Under the pieces are notes generated by a model. It searched no databases, had not been told where the DNA came from, and saw only the letters and a program-made list of their open reading frames with translations. From contig NW_027437456.1 of NCBI RefSeq assembly GCF_964204645.1, forward strand, positions 38,001 to 102,000: 64,000 nt of DNA. Direction: 5' to 3'. Position numbers and translations under genes: made by a program. This document shows, one piece after another, positions 26,414 through 37,415 of this stretch. The DNA comes from Tubulanus polymorphus. Taxonomy: Eukaryota > Animalia > Nemertea. Within the stretch, counting starts at the first letter, position 1. Each line of letters begins with the position of its first letter.

Positions 26414-27133
26414 ATTATAACACAGGTCTTTGTAATATAGATATCAAAAATGTAATCTCGATTGTATATATTTGTTTTAATATTGTATTGTTTACTGTTA
26501 ACTAAGTATTGCGCAATAACCGGTCCGATTGGACCGCATTTCTATTGTTCTCCATTGTTCTATTATTGATCGTTGTTGACTGAAACAGCTGCTCAATATT
26601 GATTGGTTACAGTTCTATGTTTGAATGTTGTAGTTTACAGAATAAAAATATAACTGTGTATTGCGCAATAACCGGTCCGATTGGACCGCATTTCTATTGT
26701 TCTCCATTGTTCTATTATCGATCGCTAAAATTTACATAATAAATATATGTGTTTATGAAATAGAATTCCACCAGTCGTTTCTTTGAGTTTATTTTCAGTT
26801 TGAGGATTTATTATCGATGATCCGAAATGACTTATCTGGACAGTTATAATTACTGCTCCTAATAGATAGACAATAGTAGTGAGATATTAAATCCTAATTT
26901 AAATAAAATATAATAAAAAAACAATAACTTCAATTAGCTAGTGAATTCTATTATATTTTTAATATTTTCTTTTGGTAATTCTAATTGACATTAGATTGAA
27001 TAGATTTTGAATAGATTTGAATAGAAATTCTTTAACTTTAACTAACCTAGTCAATTTAGTATTAACCCAAAGAGATACTAGTATCATTTGAAGAATACTT
27101 ATTATATTTTCTTGTTATTTTTATCCTATATAA

Positions 27134-27736
27134 ATGTCAAAGAAATCTAATAAGAATAGTATTGATATTGAAAAGACATTAGATGATTTGGGTATAAGTG
27201 ATAATAAAGATACAGTTGTAACTAATTGTGCTCAAGTTAATTGTAATATAGATTATGAATACTATTTATATTGTAAGCATCATCTTGAATTATTAATTGC
27301 TGGCGGGAAATCTAAGGATTTCTTGGGAAAAATAATAACTTTTCAAGAATTAGATGCTATGAAACCCGATAAAGTAATAAAATATTTTAAGATTTATGAA
27401 GAAGCTAGATTAGCTAGAATAAATGATTCTATTTCAGATGGTATTGTCAAATGTTATTCTAAGTTATGTAACCAGTTAATACCAATCAATGATGAAAATA
27501 AATTATATAGTGATTTGAAAAATGACTACTTAGTTATGACTGAATTACAAAAATGGGTCGGTTATGCTTCATTTCAATTAGGATCGGTTATGACATTAAT
27601 TTCTACTGGTGTCATTACATTTTCGAACATCAAGCCTATGGAATGTAAATCAGGTAAGAATGAAACAGATGTACTACAACCAAACGTCGAAACAGAAAAT
27701 GAATCAGAACAAAAATTAACTAAAATAAATGAGTGA
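27134..27736 (+). CDS. Conserved Polinton hypothetical protein, 200 aa
   Basis: LIAGGKSKDFLGK...QELDAM...YFKIYE resembles a protein recurrent in invertebrate Polintons (recognition only); TAAATG start. Confidence 0.65.
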   Translation: MSKKSNKNSIDIEKTLDDLGISDNKDTVVTNCAQVNCNIDYEYYLYCKHHLELLIAGGKSKDFLGKIITFQELDAMKPDKVIKYFKIYEEARLARINDSISDGIVKCYSKLCNQLIPINDENKLYSDLKNDYLVMTELQKWVGYASFQLGSVMTLISTGVITFSNIKPMECKSGKNETDVLQPNVETENESEQKLTKINE

Positions 27737-28122
27737 TGGCGTTAAGAAAAAGGCTAGATCCGAGAAACAAATTAAATGGGCAAGAGAATTAGGTAAAAGA
27801 TCTTCAGAATTAAAAAAAACTAAGAAAAAGAAATTAACTGATATAAATGAATCACAGACTTTATCTGATATTAATTCAAATAATAATCCATCTAATTCTT
27901 CTAATAGTGGAAGAAATAATTACTTATATATTACAATTGGTAACAGTTATTATATTATCCGGTGTAATATATAAATCAAAATTCAAATCTGATGATAAAG
28001 ATGATTCCGATGATAATCAGAAACTTAGTTATCCGTGTACAGACAATAAACCTATTATATCAGAAAATAAGTCAAATCCTAAAACCATTGAAACTAATTC
28101 TAAATTATTATTAATGGATTAA
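27729..28122 (+). pseudogene. Small basic protein with hydrophobic segment, frameshifted
   Basis: Overlapping ORFs 27729-27974 and 27847-28122; TAAATG start. Confidence 0.5.
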
Positions 28123-28128
28123 AATAAG

Positions 28129-29110
28129 ATGAAAAAAGAAGAATATTTAAGAGAGTTATATTATAACCCGGAAAGTGAAGTATCATATTCTAACGTTACA
28201 GAATTATGGGATAAAATTAAATCTGATAATGGTGGTATAAAATATAGTGAATTGAAATCATGGTTACAAAATCAACCAACATATCAAATCCACAAGAAAA
28301 TGGATAAAACTTATTTAACAAGAAAAGTTATGGTTTCATATATCGATCAACAATGGCAAGCTGATTTAATTGACATGAAGAACTTGGAAGAATACAACAA
28401 AGGATATTTCTGGATACTGAATGTTATAGACATATTCAGTAGATACGCATGGTCAATTCCAATCAAAAATATAACTGGAATAGAAGTTACAAATGCTTTT
28501 AAATCTATATTTAAAGAAGCTATTCCAGATAAGATACAATTTGATGAAGGTAAGGAATTTTATAACAAACATTTTAAAAAACTATTATCTGATAACAATG
28601 TAGATTATTTTTCAACACACTCAGATAAAAAAGCATCTATTATAGAAAGATGTAATAAAACATTGAAAACTAGAATGTGGAAATATTTTACTGCTAATGA
28701 AACATATAAATATATCGATGAGTCTATAAATATATTAGATGATTTAGTGAAAGGTTATAATAATTCTAAACATAGTTCTATAAATATGAAACCTATACAA
28801 GCTAGAAAAGAAGATAATTCAGAAATAGTTTGGAATAATTTGTATGGTGCGTTTGTTACACATGATTTCGGTGAACCTAAATTTAAAATAGGACAACACG
28901 TAAGAATATCTAAATATAGAAAAACATTTTATAAAGGTAATACCCCAAGAATTATCACTTGTACCAAATCCAGATGAAATAGAATACAAAATAGAAAGAG
29001 TATTGAAAACAAAAACTCTTAAAAGAAAAAAGTTTGGTGAAATATAAAGGGTACGATGATAAATTTAATGAATGGATTTTATCTAGTAAAATTAAAAGAA
29101 TAAATGAATA
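28129..29110 (+). pseudogene. Retroviral-type (rve) integrase with C-terminal chromodomain; deletion and frameshifts in the C-terminus
   Basis: QWQADLID, IDIFSRY, IQFDEGKEF, KASIIERCNKTLK, YNNSKHSSI. Downstream frames give YKIERVLK...LVKYKGYDDKFNEWI. Confidence 0.95.
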
Positions 29111-29705
29111 AAGATTTATTTATATTCGAACCGCATAATATGTTAGTTACTGGTGTAACCAATTGTGGTAAAACACATTTCATATTAGATTTGTTAGAAA
29201 CTATTTATAAGATAATATAATATTATTCTGCCCCACTTATGAAATGAATAAAACATATAATAGAGATATAGTTAAGATAAAAAAGTTTATTATATTAAAT
29301 CCTAAAACAGTAATAGAAAATTTAGATAATTGTATAAAAATAGCAATTGATACTTATAAAGGATCAAATACATTATTCATTATAGATGATTGCACAAATT
29401 TACATGATTCAAAAGTTAGAGAAAGTGAGTTATGTTATCTAGCTTTCTCTGGGAGACATTTTGGGATAACAACATGGGTTTTAAATCAAAAATATAATTC
29501 AATTGTTAAAGACTTTAGGGAGAATATAAGATTTCTAGTTTTATTTTATAACAAAGATAGAAAATCTATGCAACAATCATTGGAAGAAAATCAAATTATA
29601 CCTACTGAATTACATGATGAATATATGAATAAATTAAAGAATAATCAAGGTTCAAAATTATTACTGAGACTTCAATTTCCCTATGAATATAAGTTTATAA
29701 AATAA
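29104..29705 (+). pseudogene. A32/FtsK-like DNA packaging ATPase, frameshifted
   Basis: From ATG 29104: MLVTGVTNCGKT (Walker A). ORF 29244: FIIDDC (Walker B) and SGRHFGITTWVLNQKY. Confidence 0.92.
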
Positions 29706-29721
29706 CTATTTATATATCTAT

Positions 29722-30050
29722 GTATTAGATACCCTATTAGATACCCTAATACCTGATACCCTATTAGATACCCTAATACCTGATACCCTATTAGACACCT
29801 TAAATACTTAAAACCCCCTTTTTTAAAATAAATATTATTCATATAATTTTTAACCAATTTATTTTTATTTTTTCAACTAATATATGAATAAGTTTGAAAA
29901 TAATAAAGGTTATTTATTATTACTGAGGTTTCAATATAAATTTAAAAAAGAAATATAATTTAAGGTATTTTCAAATAATATATATTAGATACGTATTAGA
30001 TACGTATTAGATACCCTATTAGATACCTTAATACTAAAAACCCCCTTTTT
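29722..30050. repeat. Two clusters of short tattagatac(cc/g) repeats in the intergenic region between convergent gene blocks
   Basis: Clusters at 29722-29822 and 29984-30050, each ending ttaatact..aaaccccc-tttt. Confidence 0.75.
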
Positions 30051-30115
30051 TATTCACTATTATTTTATACAATTTTCAACTAATATTATTATTTGGGTTA
30101 AATATAATTAATATC

Positions 30116-31072
30116 TTAATCACTTTCACTATCATACCCTAACAATTTTCTCAATTTCTCTACCGAATTTTCTTCTTCAAATTCTTTATTATTTTTATGC
30201 TTATTCTTCACCCTTTTTACCGTATCATCAATAGTTGTTTCACTGTTATGCTTACTCATCCTTTCTATCACATCATCAATAGTTTCTTCTTTATGTTTCA
30301 TAGAATCTTTATTATCAATATGCTTATCTGTAACTATATCACCATGTGGGTGCCGTATGGCGCCATTTTCATTATCATCTTTATTAGTGTTTGATCCTAA
30401 TATTTCATTTACAGTGTTTGATCCTAATATTTTATTAGCATCGGTTAAATCTAATTCATCTTTATTAGGTGTTGCTAATAATAAATCTTCATATATTTTT
30501 TCACCATTTACTTTTTTATTTGAAACAAATTTTGTAACATATCTAAATGGGTGTTCTATAAATTCTCTTAAACCAACACGTTCTATAACATTAGTAATTT
30601 GTATTTTTGTATTCATATGTTTATTCCAATTTGATGGGGCGTTTGAAAATTCACCTTTACAATAATCACAATAATTTCTATTTTCACTAACATTTAATAT
30701 TATTGCATTATTTGATGTAGAAGGTATTACATTATTAGATGTAGTAGGTATTACATTATTAGATGTAGTAGGTATTACATTATTAGATGTAGTAGGTATT
30801 ACATTATTAGATGTAGTAGGTATTACATTATTAGATGTAGTAGGTATTACATTATTAGATGTAGAAGGTATTACATTATTATCAATTACATTACTTAAAT
30901 TATCAACAACTTCACTTTTATTATTATCGATTTCTATTAGTTTAGTTTTATAAATTTTGAAAATAGGATCAAATATCAAAGCTATATTACAAGGTATTAC
31001 ATAATATAAACCATCATTATTTTCATGTGTATCGATGTATGGAATATGTTTATATACTTTACCTCCTTCCAT
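30116..31072 (-). CDS. Polinton hypothetical protein, 318 aa, with 7 x NNVIP(T/S)TS repeats and a zinc-finger-like motif
   Basis: 24-nt tandem repeat at 30712-30880; YCDYCK...WNKHMNTK. Confidence 0.7.
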   Translation of the reverse strand: MEGGKVYKHIPYIDTHENNDGLYYVIPCNIALIFDPIFKIYKTKLIEIDNNKSEVVDNLSNVIDNNVIPSTSNNVIPTTSNNVIPTTSNNVIPTTSNNVIPTTSNNVIPTTSNNVIPSTSNNAIILNVSENRNYCDYCKGEFSNAPSNWNKHMNTKIQITNVIERVGLREFIEHPFRYVTKFVSNKKVNGEKIYEDLLLATPNKDELDLTDANKILGSNTVNEILGSNTNKDDNENGAIRHPHGDIVTDKHIDNKDSMKHKEETIDDVIERMSKHNSETTIDDTVKRVKNKHKNNKEFEEENSVEKLRKLLGYDSESD

Positions 31073-31104
31073 GTATTATATATATTTTTATTAAAGTTAA
31101 AATT

Positions 31105-32341
31105 TTAATACTTAACACTATCTAATTGTGTATTTACAATATTTAATTGCGCGTCAGATATAATATAAATGTGCATTTTGAAATTTATTCTTTGTCATGA
31201 ATAATTGTATTCCATCTTTAGTGTTTTGTAATTTTTTTCCAGAACCATGTAATGAATTATCCTCTGTTGTTCTAAAATCTAACCATAATGCATATTTATT
31301 ACCGGTATAATAATCAATTTGATTAATATTACAATTTTCAGATGATTTCACTTTTTCATTCATAAAATGTTTTCTAATTTCTGGCCATTGATCAATCATT
31401 CTCATTCCTTGACAAAATATTTTATTTGCTATTCCTTCGATAGTTATTTCTACTTTTGTTATTTCAGGATTATAATACTTATCAACCTGTATTGCACCAT
31501 TAGTATATGTTGCAATAGTAAAAAATATTAATATACCTTAAATAGATCTTCTTGGGAAGTTAATAATCTCATTAATTATTTCATCATTTGCATTAATACT
31601 TACGGTTTTAAATTTATCAATATAATCATATAATAATGAAAATCCTTGATTGTATTGAGTTTGAATTATACTTGAAATATTTTCATCAGTTACTGTGTCA
31701 TATTCTAAACATATATTCGATAATTTATAACTCATATCTTTAACAACGCTAGATAATACAATTTCATTAACAGTAGCAAATGTTATTTCGAATATAACAT
31801 CTTCTTGAATTGCATATTTATATAAAGGTGCATTATTATTTATCAATTCAAAGTCTAATGGAATTTTATATTTGCGTCCATATATACTTTATATAAATTT
31901 ATCTACAGCATTAGTTAATATTGCATAATGTGCTTCTGATCTTAATTTATTTTCGTTTTCTGATTGGATTCCTTGAAATATCATATTATTTCTGTTTTCT
32001 TTAGTTAACCATAAATCTTTATAATGCATAAATAAATTATAATCATCTAATGAGAAAACTGTTTCTGGACCAATCTTTATTGTTAACTTTTTAATCAAAT
32101 ACCTTCCAACATTATCAACAACATAATTATTATTATTACCAGTTACTTTTATATCAGCTGATAAATAAATACTATTTGGAACATAAAAAGTATTTTGTGT
32201 TAATCGAGGAATTCTAACGTATAAAGTTTCATCGGGATTAATATTAAAAGGGTTATGAGTAATTATATGATGTGATCTTTCTGCTTTAATAGCATTAGAT
32301 ATTCTAGAAATCTTAGAAGGACTTATATAACTCCCACTCAT
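31105..32341 (-). pseudogene. Major capsid protein (double jelly-roll), fragmented
   Basis: ITHNPFNINPDETLYVRIP, DNVGRYLIKK, LSNICLEYD, KYALWLDFRTTEDNSLHGSG and the C-terminus IISDAQLNI. Total about 410 codons. Confidence 0.85.
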
Positions 32342-32361
32342 TTATTTAACAAAAAAATTAA

Positions 32362-33431
32362 TTATTTATTTTTTATCATATTCACTAACCCAAAAATAAT
32401 AGCACTTACAACTGTAATTAAAAATAAAATAATATGTTCAGTAGCAAAGTTAATAATGTTTCCTGCAGATTTCAATATAAAACCAACAATTGATGCAATA
32501 ATTCCTGGTAAAGCTGCAGCAGATTTTTTAGATAGTTCCCATAAATATTTTGCTAATTTCTTTAAACCATCTTTAACTTTATCTTGTATAGAATTATTAT
32601 CATTTGGGGGTTTATCTGGTTTATTGGGAGTAGAAGTAGATTTCAGTGAATTTGATATAGCTAAACCAATTGTTCTAAATAACATAGTTACAGCTGTTAG
32701 AATTGAAAGAATTGTTATTCCTTCAAACTTAAATAATAATTTTATTCTATCTTTCAATGTTATTTTAGAATTTGGTTTTATTAGATATCTTTTAAAAACA
32801 TCTTTTAATCTATCAATATTATAATCATATGATTTTAATTATAATTTAATTTCTTCTTTTTGTAATTCTATGTTATATTCTAAATCATCTTTTTCTTTTT
32901 CTAAACGTAATTCTTTTTGTCTATATTCTATTTCATCAATAACTTTATTATCTCTATCTAATTTTAATTGTTCTATTTCTTTATTCTTATCAGTTAAGTC
33001 TTTTTCTAAAAATCTAATTTTAAAATCTCTTATTTCTTTTTCATGCGCAATTTTATCAGACGCAAGTCTTATACTAATAATTTCTCTAATTGCTTTATCA
33101 GAAAATATATCTAAATCTTCTAATTGTTGATCTGTTGCATCAAGTAATCCCTTCGGTAAAAGTTTTTCAGTTTGAACTTCTCTTGAATTAGGTCTACTAG
33201 TTTCTTGTTCTAAATTATTATCGATTGTTTCAAATAATTTATTAATTCTTTGTTTAAATACTCTTTCATTTTTAATAATTTCTTCTTGTGTTACATCTTC
33301 TATTTCATTACTATTTCTTATTCTTTTAATTCTAGATAGTAATGAGTCAGACTTAAGCAAAGTTGATTCTGCTAATATTTTTTTTTGTTTTTTATAAGAG
33401 ACATTTCATAATCTTCTCCACCTTCTGCCAT
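32362..33431 (-). pseudogene. Coiled-coil protein with C-terminal hydrophobic/amphipathic helices (putative membrane-active virion protein), frameshifted
   Basis: ATG at 33431 (MAEGGED). ORFs 32839-33360 and 32362-32757 (AAALPGIIASIVGFILK). Confidence 0.7.
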
Positions 33432-33446
33432 TTACATAATAAAAAA

Positions 33447-34754
33447 TTAAAATTTAAAATATAATATTCCTCCGATTACAATTCGTATACAGGTTATAGC
33501 TAATTTAACATTTTCATGGGATTTATTATCATCATTAAGTTTAATTATATCATGCTGAATAATATCAGTTTTTATATTTTCTGATGTATTATAATCTTTT
33601 ATTTTAGAATCATTATTTAATTTAATATTATTAGTTTTAGTTTCTGTTGATTGAATGTGTTTTTTATTTTTTTCACCTTCCATTAATTTTGGAGCAGTAA
33701 TAATCTTTTTATTTATATCATTCAATCCAAATGAATTATTTATTATTGCAGTTTTAATTAGATTATTATAACCAATTATATTTCCCATCTTTAATACTAA
33801 ATCATTAGAAATAACAAATAGATTAGGGCCTATACAATAATTTAATCTAATATGTGATTTATCTAAATAATTTTGATATCTTACAATGTTTTCCGGAATC
33901 GATCTATTTTTATCATTATGAATTGAATCTTCAAATAATACTTTGAATTGTTTCTGCGCATCGAATGAAGTGTTATCATTTCCAATTATTGGGGATCTTG
34001 TTTCAACTTGCGCACCTAGAATACATATCAAATAAGTTCTAATAGATTGATTTATTCTTTGTATACCAGCTTTAGTAAAACCTTCACTATTTTCTAAAAT
34101 GAAATTAACCCAACCATTATTGTTTTGTTGTTGTATATTATTATAATATTTTGGTAATTCATTCCAATTTAGTGTTCTTATATCTGAATTTGTCATTATT
34201 TTTCCAAATTCTTTAGTATATAATATTCCTTATCCACCCATTGTTCCAATTTTTGCTCTAAAATCTTTATTTGAATTAATATTAAATTCATTACATATTT
34301 TATAAAACTTAGAAAAATTAATATTATTATTCAATTCTTTAAAATATTTTGAACCTGGTAAAGGACATTCTAATTCATCTAATATTAATTTTATTTGAAA
34401 ATATGTATGAAATCTAAAAAGTGATAACATCAATGGTAAACTTGGTTTGTTTAAATGATCATTCCATCTAATTCCACATCCTGTTGTAGCACAATAAACA
34501 GCAAAATTTAATTGGTTCTGCCAATACTTCATATTTGATTTTAATAACCATTGTTTTGCCTCATTTAAATTTTTGAAATTAATTGTATACACATGAAATA
34601 TATTTTCCATCTTCACATTAAAATTATTACTTTCAGTAACATAAATATATAAATCAATTAATGAATTTAAAACTTCATTTCTATATGTTATATCTTTATT
34701 AAAATCTATTGCTGGAATATTATATTGGAAAGCTTTTGGAAAACTATCTGCCAT
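33447..34754 (-). pseudogene. Conserved Polinton hypothetical protein (WQNQLNFAVYCATTGCG type), split in two
   Basis: Adjacent ORFs 34230-34754 and 33447-34196; motifs FRFHTYFQ and EGFTKAG...SIRTY..CILGAQ; hydrophobic C-terminus. Confidence 0.7.
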
Positions 34755-34887
34755 TTATATAATTAAAAAATTAATAATTAACTAATTCTTTTAATAATTT
34801 ATCTTGTTCTTCAACTGTTATATGACCATTTAAACTTATTATATAATCTAGTGTATTCTTTAATTTATTAATTTCTTTTATATTAGT

Positions 34888-35205
34888 TTAAATTTTATCT
34901 TTATTACTTTTTATATTCAATTTTGAACTTATACCAGTTAATACACTTGAACTTAATCCTAATACACCAATTGATATAGCTAAAGGTGTTAATGGACTGA
35001 ATATTGCTAGAAATGTTATTACAGAACTAATTGTAACCGAACCACTTATAATCAAATAATATATAATTTTAGATTTTAAATATTTTTTCTTTTTAACTTT
35101 TAAGTCACTTTCAAATTCTAATATTTGTTTTTCTAAATATGTTTTTAATTTAGTTTTATTTATATCATGAGGAATAATGTCAATATCATCAACTTTATCT
35201 TCCAT
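34888..35205 (-). CDS. Small two-transmembrane protein, probably C-terminally frameshifted
   Basis: Two hydrophobic stretches; TAAATG start. Confidence 0.6.
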   Translation of the reverse strand: MEDKVDDIDIIPHDINKTKLKTYLEKQILEFESDLKVKKKKYLKSKIIYYLIISGSVTISSVITFLAIFSPLTPLAISIGVLGLSSSVLTGISSKLNIKSNKDKI

Positions 35206-35225
35206 TTATTTAGCAAAAAAAATTA

Positions 35226-35648
35226 CTAATTAGTAAATTTATATGCTACAAATATAACAATAACAGTTCCACCTAAAATCCATATTATTTCATATTTCTT
35301 CTGTTCATTACTTGGGGTATAATAATCTGATAATTTAGGTTTGTATAGATGTAATTTTTCTTTATTGGTTACGGCGTTATATAAACTCATTGCATCATCA
35401 ACTGATTGAAAATCTCTATGTGAAATCTTCTGATCATATAATTCCTTGTTAATATAATCCATATAGTTTTGCCTCTTTTCTCTATATTCTTCTGCTGCTT
35501 TATTGTATTTCTCTAATGCTAAGTTATGTCTTTTTTGTTCTGTTAATGATCCATTTTTATCAATATGCTTAAATAAATAACCACCACCAGTAAATGCTAA
35601 AGCGTTAACAATTGCTGATCCTATAATAGTTTTAACTGCAGAAGCCGT
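35226..35648 (-). pseudogene. Conserved small Polinton protein (VNALAFTGG...KRHNLALE); start codon mutated to ACG
   Basis: The frame is open upstream of ORF 35226-35462 to taaACG at 35648. Confidence 0.7.
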
Positions 35649-35672
35649 TTATTTAGTAAAATAATTATGTAT

Positions 35673-35889
35673 TTATATGGGAGGAATATATTTTTGTTTT
35701 TCCAAATAATCAATAGTTAAATTAGATAAAGTAACTGCTAATGTTAATTTTAAAATATCATTTATATCAAATCAATCAACACACTTCCCATTTTAAATAC
35801 TTTTTTAATACCATTGAATAACCAACAGTTCCAACTGATAGTAATGCTCCATTATATAATCCAGTTATTATCCACTTATTATCACTCAT
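35673..35889 (-). pseudogene. Small hydrophobic Polinton protein, frameshifted
   Basis: MSDNKWIITGLYNGALLSVG...EKQKYIPPI; TAAATG start. Confidence 0.5.
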
Positions 35890-36240
35890 TTATTTATCAA
35901 AAAAATTACTATCATCAAAATATATCTTATTTACGATTAATTCAACATTTATTTCATTACTAGTTTCATTTGTATATATTTCAATTATTATTCTTTTAAT
36001 ATCATCGATGATAAAATCTTCATCTAATTCATAAAATCTTAAAGATTCTCTAATCAAATTAGTAATCTTTTCTACATTTAAAGTTTCTTTATCTATTGTT
36101 GTTTCATACTCAAATGTTGTTTCATTAGAAAATGCAATATTTTTGATATTTGTAATTACATCATTAACGTTAAATTTCATTTCTTTCTCACGTTTAAAAT
36201 CAAATCCAAAACATATACTCGGTCCAAGAGTTATATTCAT
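35890..36240 (-). CDS. Polinton hypothetical protein, 116 aa
   Basis: Open ORF with TAAATG start, tightly packed. Confidence 0.6.
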   Translation of the reverse strand: MNITLGPSICFGFDFKREKEMKFNVNDVITNIKNIAFSNETTFEYETTIDKETLNVEKITNLIRESLRFYELDEDFIIDDIKRIIIEIYTNETSNEINVELIVNKIYFDDSNFFDK

Positions 36241-36256
36241 TTATATAATGAAAAAA

Positions 36257-37015
36257 TTACTCTTTACATCTTATAATTAATTCATAAATTACAGGAAAGT
36301 TATTCAAATCAATTAAATAACCATTGTGATTTCTTATTTCTAATTTAAAATTATTAAATTTAGGAATGCAAGGTTTGAAATCACATTCTGTTAACTTATA
36401 ATTTATTTGCGTTCCAAATTGTTTAACATTCTTTAATGGTAAAATATTTAGTATACTAGAATTACAAATTGTATCTTTAGTTGCTTCGAATGTTTTTGTA
36501 GGATCGATTAAATTGCAATAAATATAAAGGTGTGTAAAAGGTATTATATTTGAATTACCATCTACGTTTCCTGTAACGGTATCTGGTACAATTCCTAACA
36601 GTTTAGCTATAGGTTTTTTTACCATAAATGCATGTTGACTTTCATCATATACCTTTATTTTAATTTTATTTGTGCTATCACTTTTTATAAATCTAATTAA
36701 AAATTTATCATCTTTTCTAATTTTCAACCGTGCTCTTCTATTAATTTCTTGAGCTAGTGTTTCTAAATTGTATAATCCTGGTTTTAAAATTAGATGAAAC
36801 CATTTATCTACATTTCTAATATGAATTAAAAAAGTATTATCTACAATAGTTTTATCCGTTATATTATAAAAAGAATTACATAAACTTATATTAACTAATT
36901 TTAAATCTACACAATTTTTATATTCCCTATCCAATCGAACTAGTAAATTATGAGATTTATAATTTGTAAGTTTTCTAGAATCAACAAATATTCTGTATTC
37001 TTTTAATTCCGCCAT
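36257..37015 (-). CDS. Minor capsid protein (penton, single jelly-roll)
   Basis: IFVDSR, NSFYNI, PGLYN, LYIYCNLI, IRNHNGYLIDLNN pattern; 252 aa; intact. Confidence 0.82.
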   Translation of the reverse strand: MAELKEYRIFVDSRKLTNYKSHNLLVRLDREYKNCVDLKLVNISLCNSFYNITDKTIVDNTFLIHIRNVDKWFHLILKPGLYNLETLAQEINRRARLKIRKDDKFLIRFIKSDSTNKIKIKVYDESQHAFMVKKPIAKLLGIVPDTVTGNVDGNSNIIPFTHLYIYCNLIDPTKTFEATKDTICNSSILNILPLKNVKQFGTQINYKLTECDFKPCIPKFNNFKLEIRNHNGYLIDLNNFPVIYELIIRCKE

Positions 37016-37032
37016 TTATTTTACATATTTTC

Positions 37033-37386
37033 TTATTCGAAATCTATTTCATGGTGCCCCTTTTCATTCTTACCTTTGTATACGAAATAGAAATCACCAG
37101 AACATAATTCTTCTAGATCTTCACTTGATAATCTATGAAATCTATCTGGTAAATATGTTCTGAATTTATATGTATTTCCTTTTAATCCTTCATATTCTAA
37201 GTGTATAACTAATTTATCTCCATAGTTATTAGTAACTGTATCAATATTTGTAATTAGATATTTCTTATGGATTGTTAATTCTGTTAACTTTTTGAATTTA
37301 TAATCTACTGATTTGACATTTGAAGTATCTTTTTTTCTATCCAGAAATAATTTGTTGTTCTCACTGTGTGCTTGTTTACTCTCCAT
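37033..37386 (-). CDS. Putative OB-fold ssDNA-binding protein
   Basis: FKKLTEL...Y.I....VTNNYGDKLVIHL...YLPDRF...FVYKG; lies directly downstream of pPolB. Confidence 0.55.
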   Translation of the reverse strand: MESKQAHSENNKLFLDRKKDTSNVKSVDYKFKKLTELTIHKKYLITNIDTVTNNYGDKLVIHLEYEGLKGNTYKFRTYLPDRFHRLSSEDLEELCSGDFYFVYKGKNEKGHHEIDFE

Positions 37387-37415
37387 TTTAATAACATATT
37401 TTTATTAAAATTTGA

